Notes under the pieces: generated by a model
What the model was told of the DNA's origin: nothing
Databases searched by the model: none
The model's input: the letters and a program-made list of their open reading frames with translations, nothing else
Assembly: GCA_963555995.3 (NCBI GenBank)
Contig: OY821641.1
Span: 3,296,001-3,360,000, forward strand
DNA length: 64,000 nt
Source: Vicinamibacteria bacterium
GTDB taxonomy: Bacteria > Acidobacteriota > Vicinamibacteria > Marinacidobacterales > Marinacidobacteraceae
Reading direction: 5' to 3'
Position numbers and translations under genes: made by a program
In this document: in pieces, positions 24,783 to 39,100 of the stretch
Position numbering within the stretch: position 1 is the first letter of the stretch
How the letters are laid out: the number at the start of each line of letters is the position of its first letter

Positions 24783-27194
24783 CTATCCGGGCCAGTGCCG
24801 CTTGCGCTGGAACGGATACGTCGGGCTCCGGAGCCGCCGGCGGCGTTCCCCCGCGAACAGTCCCGGGAAGGAAACCCCGAAGCCGGCCTCGTACGCCGTC
24901 CCTACGGCGGCCACGAACGAAACGCTCTCGCTCGATGCCGAAGCGAACGGGCTCGGCACGACGGCCGGCCGCGTCTTGCCGAAGGCCTTCCCGATGTCCT
25001 CGTGCGCGAACCCGGCCGGTCCGATCTCCACCAGCGTCCGCGCGCCCGCAGCGGCGAGTCCCGCGAGCATGCTTGGCAGGGACGCCGGACGCCGCACCGC
25101 CCGGCTCCATACATCCGGTTCCGGAGCCCGCGCTTCCATCCATTCCGCCGTCGCCGGATCCAGCAACGGCAGAGCCGGCGCGGTGATCTCCAGTCCCGCC
25201 AGGTCCCTCTCCACGGATTCCGGCGACATCGCGTCCGCATGAGCCAAGCGGCGCGCCGCGAACCGCATCGCGGCCTCGGCGGGGAAGACACCCGCCGCCG
25301 CCGCCGCCGCGAGCGCGCCCGGACCGCAGCCGGCCACCACATCGGGCCGGATCCCCAGGCTCGCCCACAGCGCGGTGAGCGCCGCGCCGAGCGCAACGGA
25401 CGACGACGCCGCCCATTGCGGACCGGACCGCATTTCGCCTCCGGACTCCCCGAACAGGTTCTCCAGCAGCGAGACGCCGCGCTCCTCCCGGAAGATCCGC
25501 TCGCACCGGTCGAGCGCAGCGCGCGCCACGGGCTCGCCGGAGTACAGCTCGCGGCCCATCCCGGCCTGCGGAACGCCACCGAAGAGGAACGCCACCTTCC
25601 CCGGGCGTCGGGACCGGACACCGCGCTTGCCCTTCGAGACCAACGCGAGTTCCCGGTCCAGAGATTCCAGATCGGCCGCCACCAGCCCTGCACGCCACGC
25701 CAGGTGGCTGCGCCCGACGCCGGCGGTCCACGCGAGATCCGCCAGCAGCTCGCTGTCGGAAGCCAGGGCCCCGTTCCGGGCTGAGAGCCACGACCGGTAC
25801 CGGCCGGCCAGGTCCGCGAGAGCGGCCCGCGTCCTCCCGGACAGCGGGAACACCCGGGCCGGGCGTTCAGGCGGCGCCGCCGCAGCGGCGGGCGCCAGCT
25901 CGGGAGGGGCGGCCACCACGACTCCGCGGGCGTGCGCCGGCGCGCGGTATTCCTCCAGGACGAGGTGCGCGAGCGTCCCCGAGAAACCGAACGCGCTCAC
26001 CGCAGCGCGCCGCGGGCGATCCGGACGGTCCGGCCAGGCCGACCCCTCGGAGACGACCCGCAGCGGAAGCCCGTCCCAGTCCACCTGCGGGTTCGGTTCG
26101 TGGAAGTGCAGGTGCTTCGGAATCCAGCGGTGCGCCAGGGACTGGATCACCTTGATCACCGCCGCCGCGCCCCCGGCAGCCTCCAGGTTGGAGACGTTGG
26201 ACTTCACCGAACCCAGCAGCAGCGGCCGGTCCGGAGTCCGTCCCCGCCCGTACACGGCAGCCGCCGCTTCCAGTTCGATCGCGTCGCCGGCCAGGGAACC
26301 CCCACCATGCGCCTCGAGATAGTCCACCTCCGCGGGCGACACCCCGGAACGCGACAACGCCTCCAGCAGCACCCGTTGCTGGGCCGGCTGGTTCGGCACC
26401 GTCAAACCGGACGTCGCGCCGGCCTGGCGGAACGCGGAACCGGTGAGGACCGCCGCAATCGCATCGCCGGCCGCCTCCGCGTCCTCCAGGCGTTTCAGCA
26501 CCAGTACTCCGCAGCCCTCCCCGACCCCGAAGCCGTCGGCGGCCGCGTCGAACCCCCGGCACCGACCATCCGGAGACAGGAACCCCGCCTTGCGGAACCC
26601 CCGATAATGGGCGGGGTCCAGAACCGTGTTGACCCCGCCGGCCAACGCAAGGTCCACCTCCCGCCGCTCGAGCCCCACCACCGCGTGATGCATCGCGACC
26701 GCCGCGGAGGAACAGGCCGTTTCCACCGCCAGCGCGGGCCCGTCAAGACCCAGGAAGTAGGCCAACCGGTTCACCGTGCCGCTCGGGCTGTTGCCCAGAT
26801 ATTGGTAGATCGGAAGGACGTAGTCCTCCCGCCGGCCGAGCACGGAGCCGTACTCGTTGAGCCCAACCCCCGCATAGACCCCGGTCCGGCTGCCCCGCAG
26901 CGTGCGGGGATCCATCCCCGCGTGCTCCAGGGCGGTCCAGGCGACCTCGAGGAGCATCCGCTGCTGGGGATCCATGTATCGCGCTTCCGCCGCCGGGAGT
27001 CCGAAAAAGCCGGCATCGAGGCAATCCACCCCGGGCACGTAGGCAGCCGGGAAGCGCTCGTCCTCGATGCCGGGCAGGGGCTGGGGCCGTCCCTCCGTCA
27101 CCGCCTCGCGCCCCTCGCGCAACATGCGCCAGAAGGCCGCCAGGTCCGGCCCGCCGGGCAGCCAGGCCGCCATCCCGACCACCGCGATCCGGCC
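24783..27194 (-). other. Terminal PKS didomain G: atypical KS-AT0, no ACP or TE
   Basis: [19 protein letters not shown]; AT reads AGCGPGA; the stop follows the post-AT linker. Confidence 0.85.
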
Positions 27195-30100
27195 ACTGTC
27201 CGGCGCGACCTGCGGCGCCAGCGCCGCAGGCGTCGCGGCCGGCGCCTCGTCCGGGAACAGTTGCGTTTCGAGGTGCTCCGCAAGCCGGTTCACGTCGGGA
27301 AAGTCGAACACGGCCGTGTTCGAAACCGGCGTGCCGGGAAACGCCCGATTCAGCCGGTCGCGCAGTGCGACGGCCATGAGGGAATCCATTCCCAGCTCGT
27401 TGAAGCCGACGTCCGGCTCCGGCAGTGAAGAAAACCGCAGCACGGAGCGCACTTCGCCCTGCAGGAACTCCAGCAGGATTCCGGACCGTTCGGAGGGCAG
27501 GGCCTTTTCCAGGCGGGGGAAGGGGCTCGCCGCCGCGACGCTCTCGCCGCGCCGGGCCTCTTCCAGGATCTCGTCCAGCAGGGCCGGTCCGGACGGCAGC
27601 GCCGGCCAGTCCACCGAGACCACCACACTCGTCCCGATGTCCTCCCGCACGAGCCGCGAAAGCGCCGAGAGGCCCCGTTCGGGCGAAATCCAGCCTTCGC
27701 CGTACTCGTCGAGTCTGGTCCCGATCCGCGCCCGCGCCTCCTCCGCGAGCCCCGCGCCCGACCAGGCGCCCCACGCAATCGCCTGGCCAGGAAGTCCCAG
27801 CGCGCGACGGTGGCGCGCCAACTGATCCAGAAACGCGTTGGCGGCGGCGTAGTTGGCCTGCCCCGGGTTCCCGAGCACGCCCGCCGCGCTCGAAAACAGC
27901 ACGAACAGGTCCAGGTCGCGATCCCGAGTGGCCCGGTGCAGGCGCCACGCCCCCAGAACTTTCGGCCACAGCACCTCCTGAAAGCGTCCCCAGTCCTGGT
28001 TCGCCACCGCTCCATCCGACAACACGCCCACCGTGTGCATCACTCCGGCGAGTGGCGGCAACCCCGCCTCCACTCGAGCCAGCATCGCTTCCACCGCCGC
28101 CCCGTCCGTCACGTCCGCAAGCTCCACCCGCACGTCCACACCCTGCGCGCGCAACTTCGCAATCGACTCCGAGGCCCGCGCCGAGGGCGCCCGGCGGCCG
28201 TTCAGCACCACCGCGCCGGCGCCCCGTTCCCCGAGCCACCGGGCCACTTCCAGGCCGATCCCGCCGAGCCCCCCCGTCACCAGGTAGCTCCGGTCTTCAC
28301 GCAGACGGCCCGTCGCCATCGCCGAGGGCGACAGCACCAACTTCCCGACGTGCCGCCCGTCCCGCATGGTTTCCAGCGCGGAGCCCGCCTCCGACAGCGG
28401 CCACCGCGTGAACGGAAGCGGGGCCAACTCTCCCGACGCGATCCGCGCCAGGACCGAGCGAAGCACCTCGCGCACGCGCGCCCGATCCTCCTGAAGCAAC
28501 CGGTCCAGCGCCAGCACCCAATACGCCACGTCCGGCCGGGACGCCTCCATCTCCGCCGCGCTCCAGATCCCCCGCTTCCCGAGCTCGACGAAGCGCCCCC
28601 CCTCGGCAAGGCACGACAGGCTCGCCTCGATGAATCCCTCTCCCGTCAGGCTGTTCAGGACCATCGAGACCCCACGCCCCCCCGTCGCTTCCCGAACTTC
28701 CGCACCGAAGCCGGTCCCCCGACTGTCGAACACCCCACGAACTCCCAGCGAGCGCACGTACTCCTGCTTCGGTGCGCTTGCGGTCGCCAACACCCGAAGC
28801 CCCGCCGCCCGCGCCAACGCCGTCGCCGCGTGCCCCACTCCCCCGGCGCCCGCATGGATCAGAATCGAGTCTCCGGAATCCAGGCGCCCGAAATCCAACG
28901 CCAGCGCCGCCGTCACGAACGCCACGGGTACCGTCGCGAGGGCGAGCGGAGAAACCCCGGCCGGCGCCGGAACGACCAGGTCCGCGAGCGTCACCGCCTC
29001 CGGACCGAAAGCACCCGCCGCGAATCCCACCACCCGCTCGCCGATCGCCAGGTCCTCCACCTCCGGACCCACCGCGAGCACCCGGCCGCACAGCTCCCCT
29101 CCCAAGGTCGGCGCCGCATCCACGAGCCCCATCCCCAGCAGCACATCCAGGAAGTTGACCCCTGCCGCCTCCACGGCAACCCGGATCTGCCCCGGACCGA
29201 GTTCCGCCGCCGGCGCATCGTCCACCCGCAAGCGGTCCAGCCCTGCGCTCCCGTCCGGCGCGAAACGCCACACCCCCTCCTCCGGAAGATCCACCCGCCG
29301 CGGGACGCGCACGAGTCGCGCTACCCGTCGCGTTCCGCCGCGCCACGCCACGCGCGTCTCCCGGTCGGGGCGGAGCAGTTCGTCCGCCAGCGCGCCAACC
29401 GCCGGCGCACCAGCCGGATCCAGGTCCAGCAGCCGCGGCCGCAGGTCCTCATGCTCGAGTCCCGCGGCGGCCCCGAATCCCCACAGCGCGGCCCCGGCCA
29501 GCGCACCCGCCGTCTCCCGTTCCACCACCTGAGCGCCACGGGTCACGAACCAGACCCCGGACTCCGGCCAGGTCCCGGCATCCGACAGTCCCTGCACCAT
29601 CACGAGCGCTCCCGAACCGACCGCATCCAGTTCCCCCGCCAGCCCGGACACCGACAACTCCGACCCGTCCTCCCGAACCGCGTCCAGATGCACCACCCCG
29701 CGCAGCGGCAACTCGTCCGGGAGCGATTCGAAGAATTCCCGCCAAGCTTCGCGCCCCCCGGTCCGGGGGCCAACGACGACCTGCTGGTCGCGTCGCGACA
29801 GTTCCGCCGACAGGTCCGCCGCCACCGCGCCACCACCCGACAGCACGAACAATCCCGGCGCGGCGGCCTCCGGCACCGGACTCTCCGTCAGCGACGGCGC
29901 CTCCCGCCACTGCAGCTCGTACAGCAAACGGCCAACTCCCGATCCCAGCAGGGCCGCCCGGCTCGCCTGTTTCAGGGTGAAGCCGTCCACGCCGCCCAGC
30001 GCGGCACCCGCCGGCGAGTAGAACGCCAGGTCCGCCTTGCGTATCCGTCCGGCCCCTTCCCGGAAGCGCGCATGGCACCAGACCCGCTCCGGCAGCGGAC

Positions 30101-33100
30101 CGCGCAGCCAGAGCCGATCCCACCCGAACGGAAGCCAGACCCCGGCATCGGCCGTCAACTCCGACCCGCCGGCCAGCACCTGGAAACAGCCGTCCAGCAG
30201 CGCCGGAGGCGCCACCAGTTCCGCCCGTTCCGCCTCCTCCGGTAGCGCCACCTCGCCGACCGCCTCTCCGGCGCCGGCCCACAGTCCTTCCAGTACCTGG
30301 AATGCGGGACCGTAGCCGATCCCCATGGTTGCGAGACGCCGATACGTCTCCGCAGGTTCCAGCGGAGCGAACCGTGCCGTGAGCTCCGCCAGCGCGACCG
30401 CCGCCGCGTCCCCGAGCGTGGCGGCGGCCCCGCCTTCCGCGTGCAGTTCCCACGACGAGTGCGGGTCGGGCCTCCGGCTGACCACCTCGAAGCGGTCCTC
30501 GGGGGACAGCACCACCTGCACCGTCCGCAGCTCGTCTCCGGAAAAGACGAGCGGCTGGTGGATCTGCGTTTCGCCCAGCGATACGCCCGGACCCCGCCCG
30601 GCGGCCCGCAGCGCTTCGAACGCCTGCGACGCATAGAGCGCCGCCGGCGCCACGGCCTCGCCATACACCCGGTGGTCTCCCAGCCATGCCGGATCACCGG
30701 ACCGGAACTCGGTCTCGAAGGATGCCTCTCCACCACGGGAGTCGCGCCGTGTCCCGAGCAGCGGATGTCCCGCCTCGCGGAAGCGGCGCCCGGAACCCGG
30801 CAGCCAGTGCCGTTTTCGCTGGAACGGATAGGTCGGGAGCGAAAGCCGACGCCGATGCTCCCCGGTGAACAGACCCGCGAACGAAATCTCGAGCCCCGCC
30901 TCGTACGCGGCCGCCACCGCGGTCACGAAGTCGCCGCCCCCACCGCGGCCAATCCCCGGCACCACGGTCGGCCCCTCTTCCGTCGGCCACTCCCGCAACG
31001 CCATTTCTCCCAACAACCCGGTCGGACCCACTTCCACCAACACCCCCACTCCCAGCTCCGACAAACTCGCCACGGCCGTCTTGAAGCGCACTGCTTCCGT
31101 CGCCTGACGACGCCAGTACGCCCCCGCTGGAACCTCGGTCACGAGCCGCCCGCTCGCTCCACCAATGAACGGAACCGCCGGCGCGCGGACGTCTCCCAGC
31201 GACTCCTCCGCCGGCAGCGACCCCATCGGAGCGCCCCGACGCGCGGCGAACCGCAACCCGGCCTCCAGGTCGAACACCCCGGCGGCCCGCGCCGCCGCAA
31301 CCTCCCCCGCGCCGTACCCGAACACCGCGGCCGGACGCACCCCCACGCTCACCCACAGCGCGGTCAGCCCGCTCTCCAGCGCGTAGAGCGCCGGTTGGGC
31401 CCACTCGGTCCGCTCCGGACCTTCCGCCTCCCCGAGCAGTACGGCCCGCAGCGAACCTTCGCGCTCCCTCCGGAGAGCCGCGTCGCACCGATCCACGACC
31501 TCCCGGAACACCGGTTCGGAGGCATAGAGCTCGCGGCCCATCCCCGCCCACGCACTGCCTTCGCCGGGATACAGGAAGCCGACCTTTCGCGTTTCGGTCG
31601 CCGCCGTTCCTGCGGCGCTCCGCTCCACCTGCTCCAGACGTTCCCGGAGCGCCCGCAGATCGTGGAACACGACGCCCGCCCGATGGCTGAAATGGCTCCG
31701 GCCCGTTCCCGCCGTCCACGCCACGTCGGCGAGCGGCGACTCCTCCGAGAGCCAGCCTCGGTATCGCCCCGCCAACTCGGCCAGTGCCTCCGCCGACTTC
31801 GCGGAAAGGGGTAGCAGGCGCGTCGCGCGGGGCACGTCCGGCGGCGCAACTTCCGGCGGTTCGGCGTAACCCTCCGCGATGACGTGCGCGTTCGTTCCCG
31901 AGACGCCGAAAGAGCTCACCGCCGCCCGCGGGGGCCGATCGGCAGCCACCGGCCAATCCGCGGCCTCCGCAACGACCCGCACCGGAAGACGATCCCAGTC
32001 CAGTCGGGGATTCGGCTCGCGGAAGTGCAGGTGCCGCGGGATCGTTCCCGCGCGCATCGAGAGCAGGACCTTCACGAGACCGGCCACTCCCGCTGCCGCC
32101 TCCAGGTGGCCGATGTTCGTCTTCACCGAGCCGAGCAGCAACGGGCGCTCTGCCTCCCGCGCCGCCCCGTACGCGGCGGCCGCCGCCTGCACCTCGATGG
32201 GATCTCCCAACTCGGTCCCCGTCCCGTGCGCTTCCAGATAGTCCACCGAGGCGGGCTCGATGCCCGCCCTTGACAGCGCCTCCGCGATCACGAGTTCCTG
32301 CGCCGGGCCGTTCGGCACCGTCAACCCCGCACTCGCCCCGTCCTGATTCACCGCCGATCCCAGCAGCAGTCCGAGGATGCGGTCTCCCGCCGCCTCCGCG
32401 TCCGCGACGCGCTTCAACACCATGACGCCACAGCCCTCTCCCCGGACATACCCATCCGCGGCCGCATCGAACGTCTTGCAGCGGCCGTCCGGCGAAAGGA
32501 TTCCCGCCCCATCCAGCACTTCGTGGCCTCCGCCCAGCAGGATCGCATTCACTCCCCCAGCCAGCGCCAGATCGGCCTCCCGCCGCAACAGGCCGGCCAT
32601 CGCCTGGTGCGCCGCCACCAGCGACGAGGAACACGCCGTATCAATCGCCATCGCCGGTCCCTGAAGGCCGAGCGTGAACGCCACCCGGCCGATCGCCGTC
32701 GCGAAGCTCGTTCCGGTCACCGCGTGGAACGACGCCGCCCGCTCACCCAGGAGGTGCTGGTAGTCATTGGAACCGATCCCGACGTACACCCCCGTCCGAC
32801 TACCCCGCAGGGTTTCGGGATCCAACCCAGCGTCCTCCAGTGCTTCCCAGCTCACTTCCAGAAGGAGACGCTGCTGCGGGTCCAGCACCTCCGCCTCCAC
32901 AGGCGCGATCTGGAAGAACTCCGCGTCGAAACGATCCAGTCCCGGAAGGTACGCCCCGTACTGATCCGCGTCACCCGCACTGCTCAGCGCCCCACCCGGC
33001 CGGCCCCTGGTCACCGAATCCGTGCCGGCGGCGAGCTGCTTCCAGAAATCCACCGGACCGACGCCCCCGGGGAAACGGCACCCGATCCCGATCACCGCGA

Positions 33101-36100
33101 TCCGCTCGTCTTCGGACCGGACCGCGGGAGCGCGCGCGGGCGCAACCGACACGGGCGCACCGAACGCCTCCGCGAGCCGTTCGGAGAGGCGCTCGATGGT
33201 CGGGTAGTCGAACGCCATCGTGGCGGGGGCCACGAACACCCCGGCGAGCTTGCGGTTCACGCGATTCCTCAACTCCATCGCCATCAACGAGTCCATTCCC
33301 AGATCGAAGAACCCAACGGTCGGATCCGGCGCCGCCGCCAACCGGAGCACGCGACGAACCTCCGTTTGGAGGAATCCCGCGAGCAGGGCCCGGCGCTCTT
33401 CGGCGGGCGCGCGTCGAATCCGCTCCACCAGGTTCCCGGCTGGCTCCGGCGCCTCGGCGCCCGACACCGGAACCAGCTCACGAACCAACGGTGGGGCCGG
33501 CGCTCCGGATACGAACCGCGCCCAGTCCACCAACGCGACAACGCCGCTCACCGTCTGCGCCTCGACGAGTTGTTCCAACGTCCGCATCCCCATCGCCGGC
33601 GACAGCCAGGTGATTCCCAGGTCCTGCATCAGCCATTCGACCTGTTCCTGCTGGCGTCCTCCCATCCCCGCCGCCGCCCAGGGTCCCCACGCCACCGCCT
33701 GCCCCGCGAGGCCCAGCGCCCGCCGGCGCCGCGCCAACTGATCCACAAACGCGTTCGCCGCCGCATAGTTGGTCTGGCCCGGGCTGCCCAGGACGCCCAC
33801 CAGGCTCGAATACAACACGAAGAGATCGAGGTCCAGATCCCGCGTCGCGCGGTGCAGCCGCCATCCACCCAGCGCCTTCGCCCCCAGAACCTCCTCGAAG
33901 CGTGACCAGCTCTGGTTCGGCAGCGCCGCATCCCGGAGTGCACCCGCGCAGTGAAAGACCCCGGCGAGCGGCGGCAGGCCCCCGGCCGGTCCCGAACGCG
34001 ATACGAGCCGCTCCACCTCTCCTTCCTCCGTGAGGTCTCCCCGCTCCACCCGGATCTCCACCCCGCGCGCTCCCCACTCCTCGATCCGCCGCTCGGCTTC
34101 GGCGCCCGGGGCGCCCCGCCCATGGAGCACCAGGGCCCCCGCATCGTGCTCCGCCAGCCAGCCCGCCGTCAGCAGGCCCAGGCCGCCCAGGCCGCCCGTC
34201 ACCAGATACGTCCGATCCGCACGAATCGGAACGGCTCCCGTCGCGCTCCCGGGCTCTTCATCGGGGTCCGTTCGAGCCGGCTCCGTCGCGCCACGCCACC
34301 GCACGAGCCGTGGCGCCCGCCGCACGCCCGCCCGATACGCGATCTCGACCTCCCGGTCCGGACCCAGCAACTCCTCGACGACATCCTCGACGGGCTGCTC
34401 CGGCGCCGCAACGCCTGGGTCCAGGTCCAGAAGGCGCACCCCCAGATCCGGTGCCTCCCGCGAGAGCGATCGCCCGAAACCCCAGAGCGCCGCTCCCGAC
34501 GGCTCCCCACCTTGCTCCTCCGCGAGCACCTGCCCCCCCCGCGTCACGAACCAGAGCCCGGCCGGCACGGCCACTCCCGATTCGGACACCCCCTGCGTGA
34601 GCGCCAGCGCGCTCGCTCCCGCCTTCTCCAGGTCCTCGGACAGCGTTGCCGTGTCCGCCTCGCCGCCCCGGCCGGTCAGTCCTCCGAGGTGCACCACCCC
34701 CCGAAACGGGACGTCCCGCGGAAGCTCCGCGAGCGCCTCCCGCCATGAATCCCGAGCTCGGGAAGCGATCCGCAGTCCCTCATAGCCCTCTCCGTCCGGC
34801 GCGGTTTCGCCCGCGAGGATCACACGCTCGCCCCGTCGCACCAGACCCCGCGCCAATGCCTCGCCGAACTCGAGTCCCCAGCCCTCGAGCGGCGCCGCCA
34901 GCAGCCACAACCCCGCCACCGGCACGCCGTCCGGATCCGACGCCACAGTCGGCCCGTCGGCGGCGCCTGGCAGGCGGGGGGCCTCCCGCCAGTCCAGTTC
35001 ATACAGCGGCTCGATCGCGTCCGAAACCGCAGCCTGCGGCGCCGCCGGCTCTACCCGGGACAGGGATCGGTCCCCCTCCACCCAGTACCGCTCCCGCTGG
35101 AACGGATACGTCGGCAGCGACACCCGGCGAGGCTTCTCCCCGGTGAACAGACCCCCGAACGAAACGTCGAGCCCCGCCTCGTACGCCCCCGCTACCGCCC
35201 GAACCCAGCTCTCGCTCCCGCCTCCCGCCGGAACCGACACCACCCGCAGACCCGCGTCCCCCGGCCATGCCGACGACGCCCGCTCGCCCAGCCCCTCTGA
35301 CGGGCCCACCTCCACCAGCAGGCCCACTTCCAGGTCCGACAGCGTCTCCAGCGCACGCTCGAAACGAACCTCCCCTCCCGCCTCCGAACCCCAGGCGCCG
35401 GCCTCCGGAACCCCTTCCTCCAGACGACCACTCGCGCCCCGCACCAGCGGCACCCCCGGCGGCGACGGCGCCCCCTCCCCACCGCGGCCCAGCGCCAGCC
35501 GCAGCCCGTCCTCCAGCTCCACCACCCCCGACGCGCACGCCGCCGCCAACTCCCCCGCACCGCAACCCCAGACCACCCCCGGAACCACCCCCACACTCTC
35601 CCACAGCGCCGTCAGCCCCGCCTGCAGCGCATACCGCGCCGCCGCCGCCAACCCCGCGTCCTCCGCCGCCCCCGGCCAAGCCTCCGGCGGCGGACACTCG
35701 TCCCCCAGCACCGCCGCGCAGCGGTCCACCACCTCGCGGAACGCCGGCTCGATTCCGTACAGCTCCCGCCCCAGACCCAACCACCCCCCGTCCGCCCCCG
35801 CGTAGAGGAACGCGACCTTCCCGGCCGACGACTCCCGACCCTCACCCCCCACCGCTACCTGCCGCAGCCCCGCGCGCAACGTGTCCTCGTCCCGGAACAC
35901 CACCCCCGCACGCCAATCGAAATGGCTCCGCCCGACCCCCGCCGTCCACGCCGCGTCCGCCAGCGGCGCGTCCTCTCCCAGCCACTCCCCGTAACGGCCC
36001 GCCAACTCCCGCAGCGCTCCCTCGTTTTTCCCCGACAGCGGCAGCAGTCGCCAGCCGCGCTGCGCGAGCGGTGCTGCTTCCTCCACCCCCACCGAACCTG

Positions 36101-39100
36101 CCGCCCCTCCCTCGTAGCCCTCCACGATGACGTGCGCGTTCGTCCCCGAGAACCCGAACGAACTCACCCCCGCGCGCCGCGGACGATCCGCCGCCGGCCA
36201 ACCCGTCGCCTCCGACACCACCCGCACCGGTAGCTCCTCCCACGCGATCCGCGGGCTCGGACGCTCGAAGTGCAGGTGCCGCGGGATCTCCGCCGAGCCC
36301 AGCGCCAGCAGCACCTTGATCAGGCCCGCCACCCCCGCCGCCCCCTCCAGGTGACCCACGTTCGTCTTCACCGATCCCACCAGCAGCGGACGCTCCGGGT
36401 CCCGCCCCTCCCCGTACACCGCTCCCGCCGCCGCCACCTCCACCGGATCCCCCAGCTCCGTCCCCGTCCCGTGCGCCTCCAGGTAGTCCACTTCCCACGG
36501 CTCCAACCCCGCACGCAACAGCGCCTCCCCGATCACCCGCTCCTGCGCCGGCCCGTTCGGTACCGTCAAACCCGCGCTCGCCCCGTCCTGGTTCACCGCC
36601 GAGCCCAGCAGCACCCCCAGCACCCGGTCCCCGTCACGCTCCGCATCTGACAGGCGCTTCAGCACCACCATCCCGCATCCCTCTCCCTGCACGAACCCGT
36701 CCGCCGACGCGTCGAACGTCTTGCAGCGTCCGTCCCCCGCCAGCATCCCCGCGTCGGCGAACATCCCCGTCACTCCCGAGAGCAGGATCGCGTTCACTCC
36801 CCCCGCCAGCGCCAGGTCCGCCTCCCCCTGCAAAAGCCCCATCGCCGCCTGGTGCACCGCCACCAGCGACGACGAACACGCCGTGTCCACCGTGATCGCC
36901 GGGCCCGTGAGCCCCAGCGCGAACGAAACACGTCCCACCGCCGTCGAGGCCGTCACCCCCGTCGCCCGATACAGGTTCCGCGCCGGCTCCACCGCCGACG
37001 ACGCCACCAGCATCTGATACTCGCTCCCGCACACGCCCCCGTACACCCCCGTCCGGCTCCCCCGCAGACGCCCCGGCGGCAACCCCGCGTCTTCCAGCGC
37101 CGCCCAGCTCACCTCCAGCAGCAAGCGCTGCTGCGGGTCCAGCAACTCCGCCTCCGACGGCGCGATCCGGAAAAACTCCGCGTCAAACCGGTCCAGCCCC
37201 TCCACATACGCCCCATACGGACGCGCCGACTCCGTCTCCGCATCCACGTAGAGCCCATCCGGACGGCCTCGCGTCACCGCGCACCCCCCCGAACGCAGCA
37301 GCTCCCCGAATCCCCCCAGGTCCACGCCCCCCGGAAAACGGCACGCCATCCCCACCACCGCAACCCGCTCCGCTTCCGAAGGACGCAACGCCAACCCAAT
37401 CCGCCGCGCCGCCACCACCGGCTCGCCCCACCCCAACTCCCCCGCCAGGTGCCGCCCCAGACGCAACGCGTCCGGATGGTCGAACACCGCCGTGTTCGAC
37501 ATCGTCAACACCCCGCCCAACGCCCGGTTCACCCGGTTCCGCAACTCCACCGCCATCAGCGAGTCCATCCCCAGCTCGAAGAACCCCGCGTCCGCGGGCG
37601 GCAACGAGCGCAGACGCAACACCGAAGCCAGCTCCTCCCGCAGGAAGCCCACCAGCGCCGCCTCCCGCTCCGCCGCCGGCAACCCCCGCAGGCGCTCCCC
37701 CAGGTCCCCGCGCATCCCCTGCTCCTCTACCGCCTCCGCACGCACCAGCTCCTCCAGCAGCGGCGGCGGCGACGGCAGCGACGCCCAGTCCACCGACGCC
37801 GCCACGCTCCTCCCCACGTCCGCCCGCACCAGCCGCGTCAGCGCCTCCAACCCGCGCTCCGACGCCATCCACCCCTCCCCATACGCCGCGATCCGCTCCC
37901 CCTGCTCCTCCGCCTCCCCGACTCCCGGCCACGCCCCCCACGCGATCGCCTGGCCCGCCAAACCACGCGAGCGCCGGTGCGCCGCCAACTGGTCCAGGAA
38001 CGCATCCGCCGCCGCGTCGTTCGCACGCCCCGGAGCACCCAGAACCCCCGCCGCACCCGAAAACAGCACGAACAACTCCAGCTCCCGGTCCTCCGTCGCC
38101 CGGTGCAACCGCCACGCCCCCAGGACCTTCGGCCACAGCACCTCCTCGAAACGCCCCCAGTCCAGGTTCACCAGCGCCCCGTCCGACAGAACCCCCGCGC
38201 AGTGGATCACCCCTCCCAGCGGCGGCAGCTCCTCCTCCACTCGCCCCAGCATCGCCGTCACCGCATCCCCGTCCGTCACGTCCGCTATCTCCACCCGAAC
38301 CTCCACCCCCCGACCCCGCAGGCTCGCCACCGCCGCTTCCGCCGCCGCATCCGGCGACCGGCGACCGTTCAGCACCACCGCACCCGCACCCCGTTCGCCC
38401 AGCCAGCCCGCGACCGCCAGACCAACGTCCCCCAGGCCCCCCGTCACCAGGTAACTCCGGTCATTCCGCACCCGCGTCCCCGCCGACGCCGCCTCCGAAC
38501 CCGCCGGAAGCCGCACCAGCCGCGGCACCCGCCGCTCGCCTCCCCGCAACGCAACCCGTGGCTCCCCGTCCGGCCACACCAACTCGTCCGCCAACCGCTC
38601 CGCCGCGAACGGCCCCGCCGGATCCAGGTCCACCAGCCGGACGTTCAGGTCCCGGTGCTCCAGACCCGCCGCCGCTCCCAGCCCCCACAGCGACGCGCCC
38701 GACAGCCCGCCCCCCCGCTCCCCGCCCAACACCTGCCCCCCACGCGTCACCAGCCACAAACCCGATGCCGGCGACGCCCCCGCGTCCGACATCCCCTGCA
38801 ACAGACCCAATACCCCCGAACCCAACTCGCGCAGCCGCCGCTCCAACTCCTCCACCGTCGCCCCCGTCTCGTCGCCCCCGACTCCCGAAACGTCCACCAC
38901 CCCACGCAACCGCTCCTTCCCATCCATATCCCCGAAGAACGACTCCCACGCTTCCCGCTCCCCGCCCGCCGGTCCGCGCCGGACCTCCTGGCCCCGACGC
39001 GAAAGCTCCCCCGCCAACTCCGCAACCTCCGCCCCCTCGCCCGACAGCACGAACAGGCCCCGCTCCCCCGCAACCGCCGCCGGGCCCCGCGCCGCCAGCA

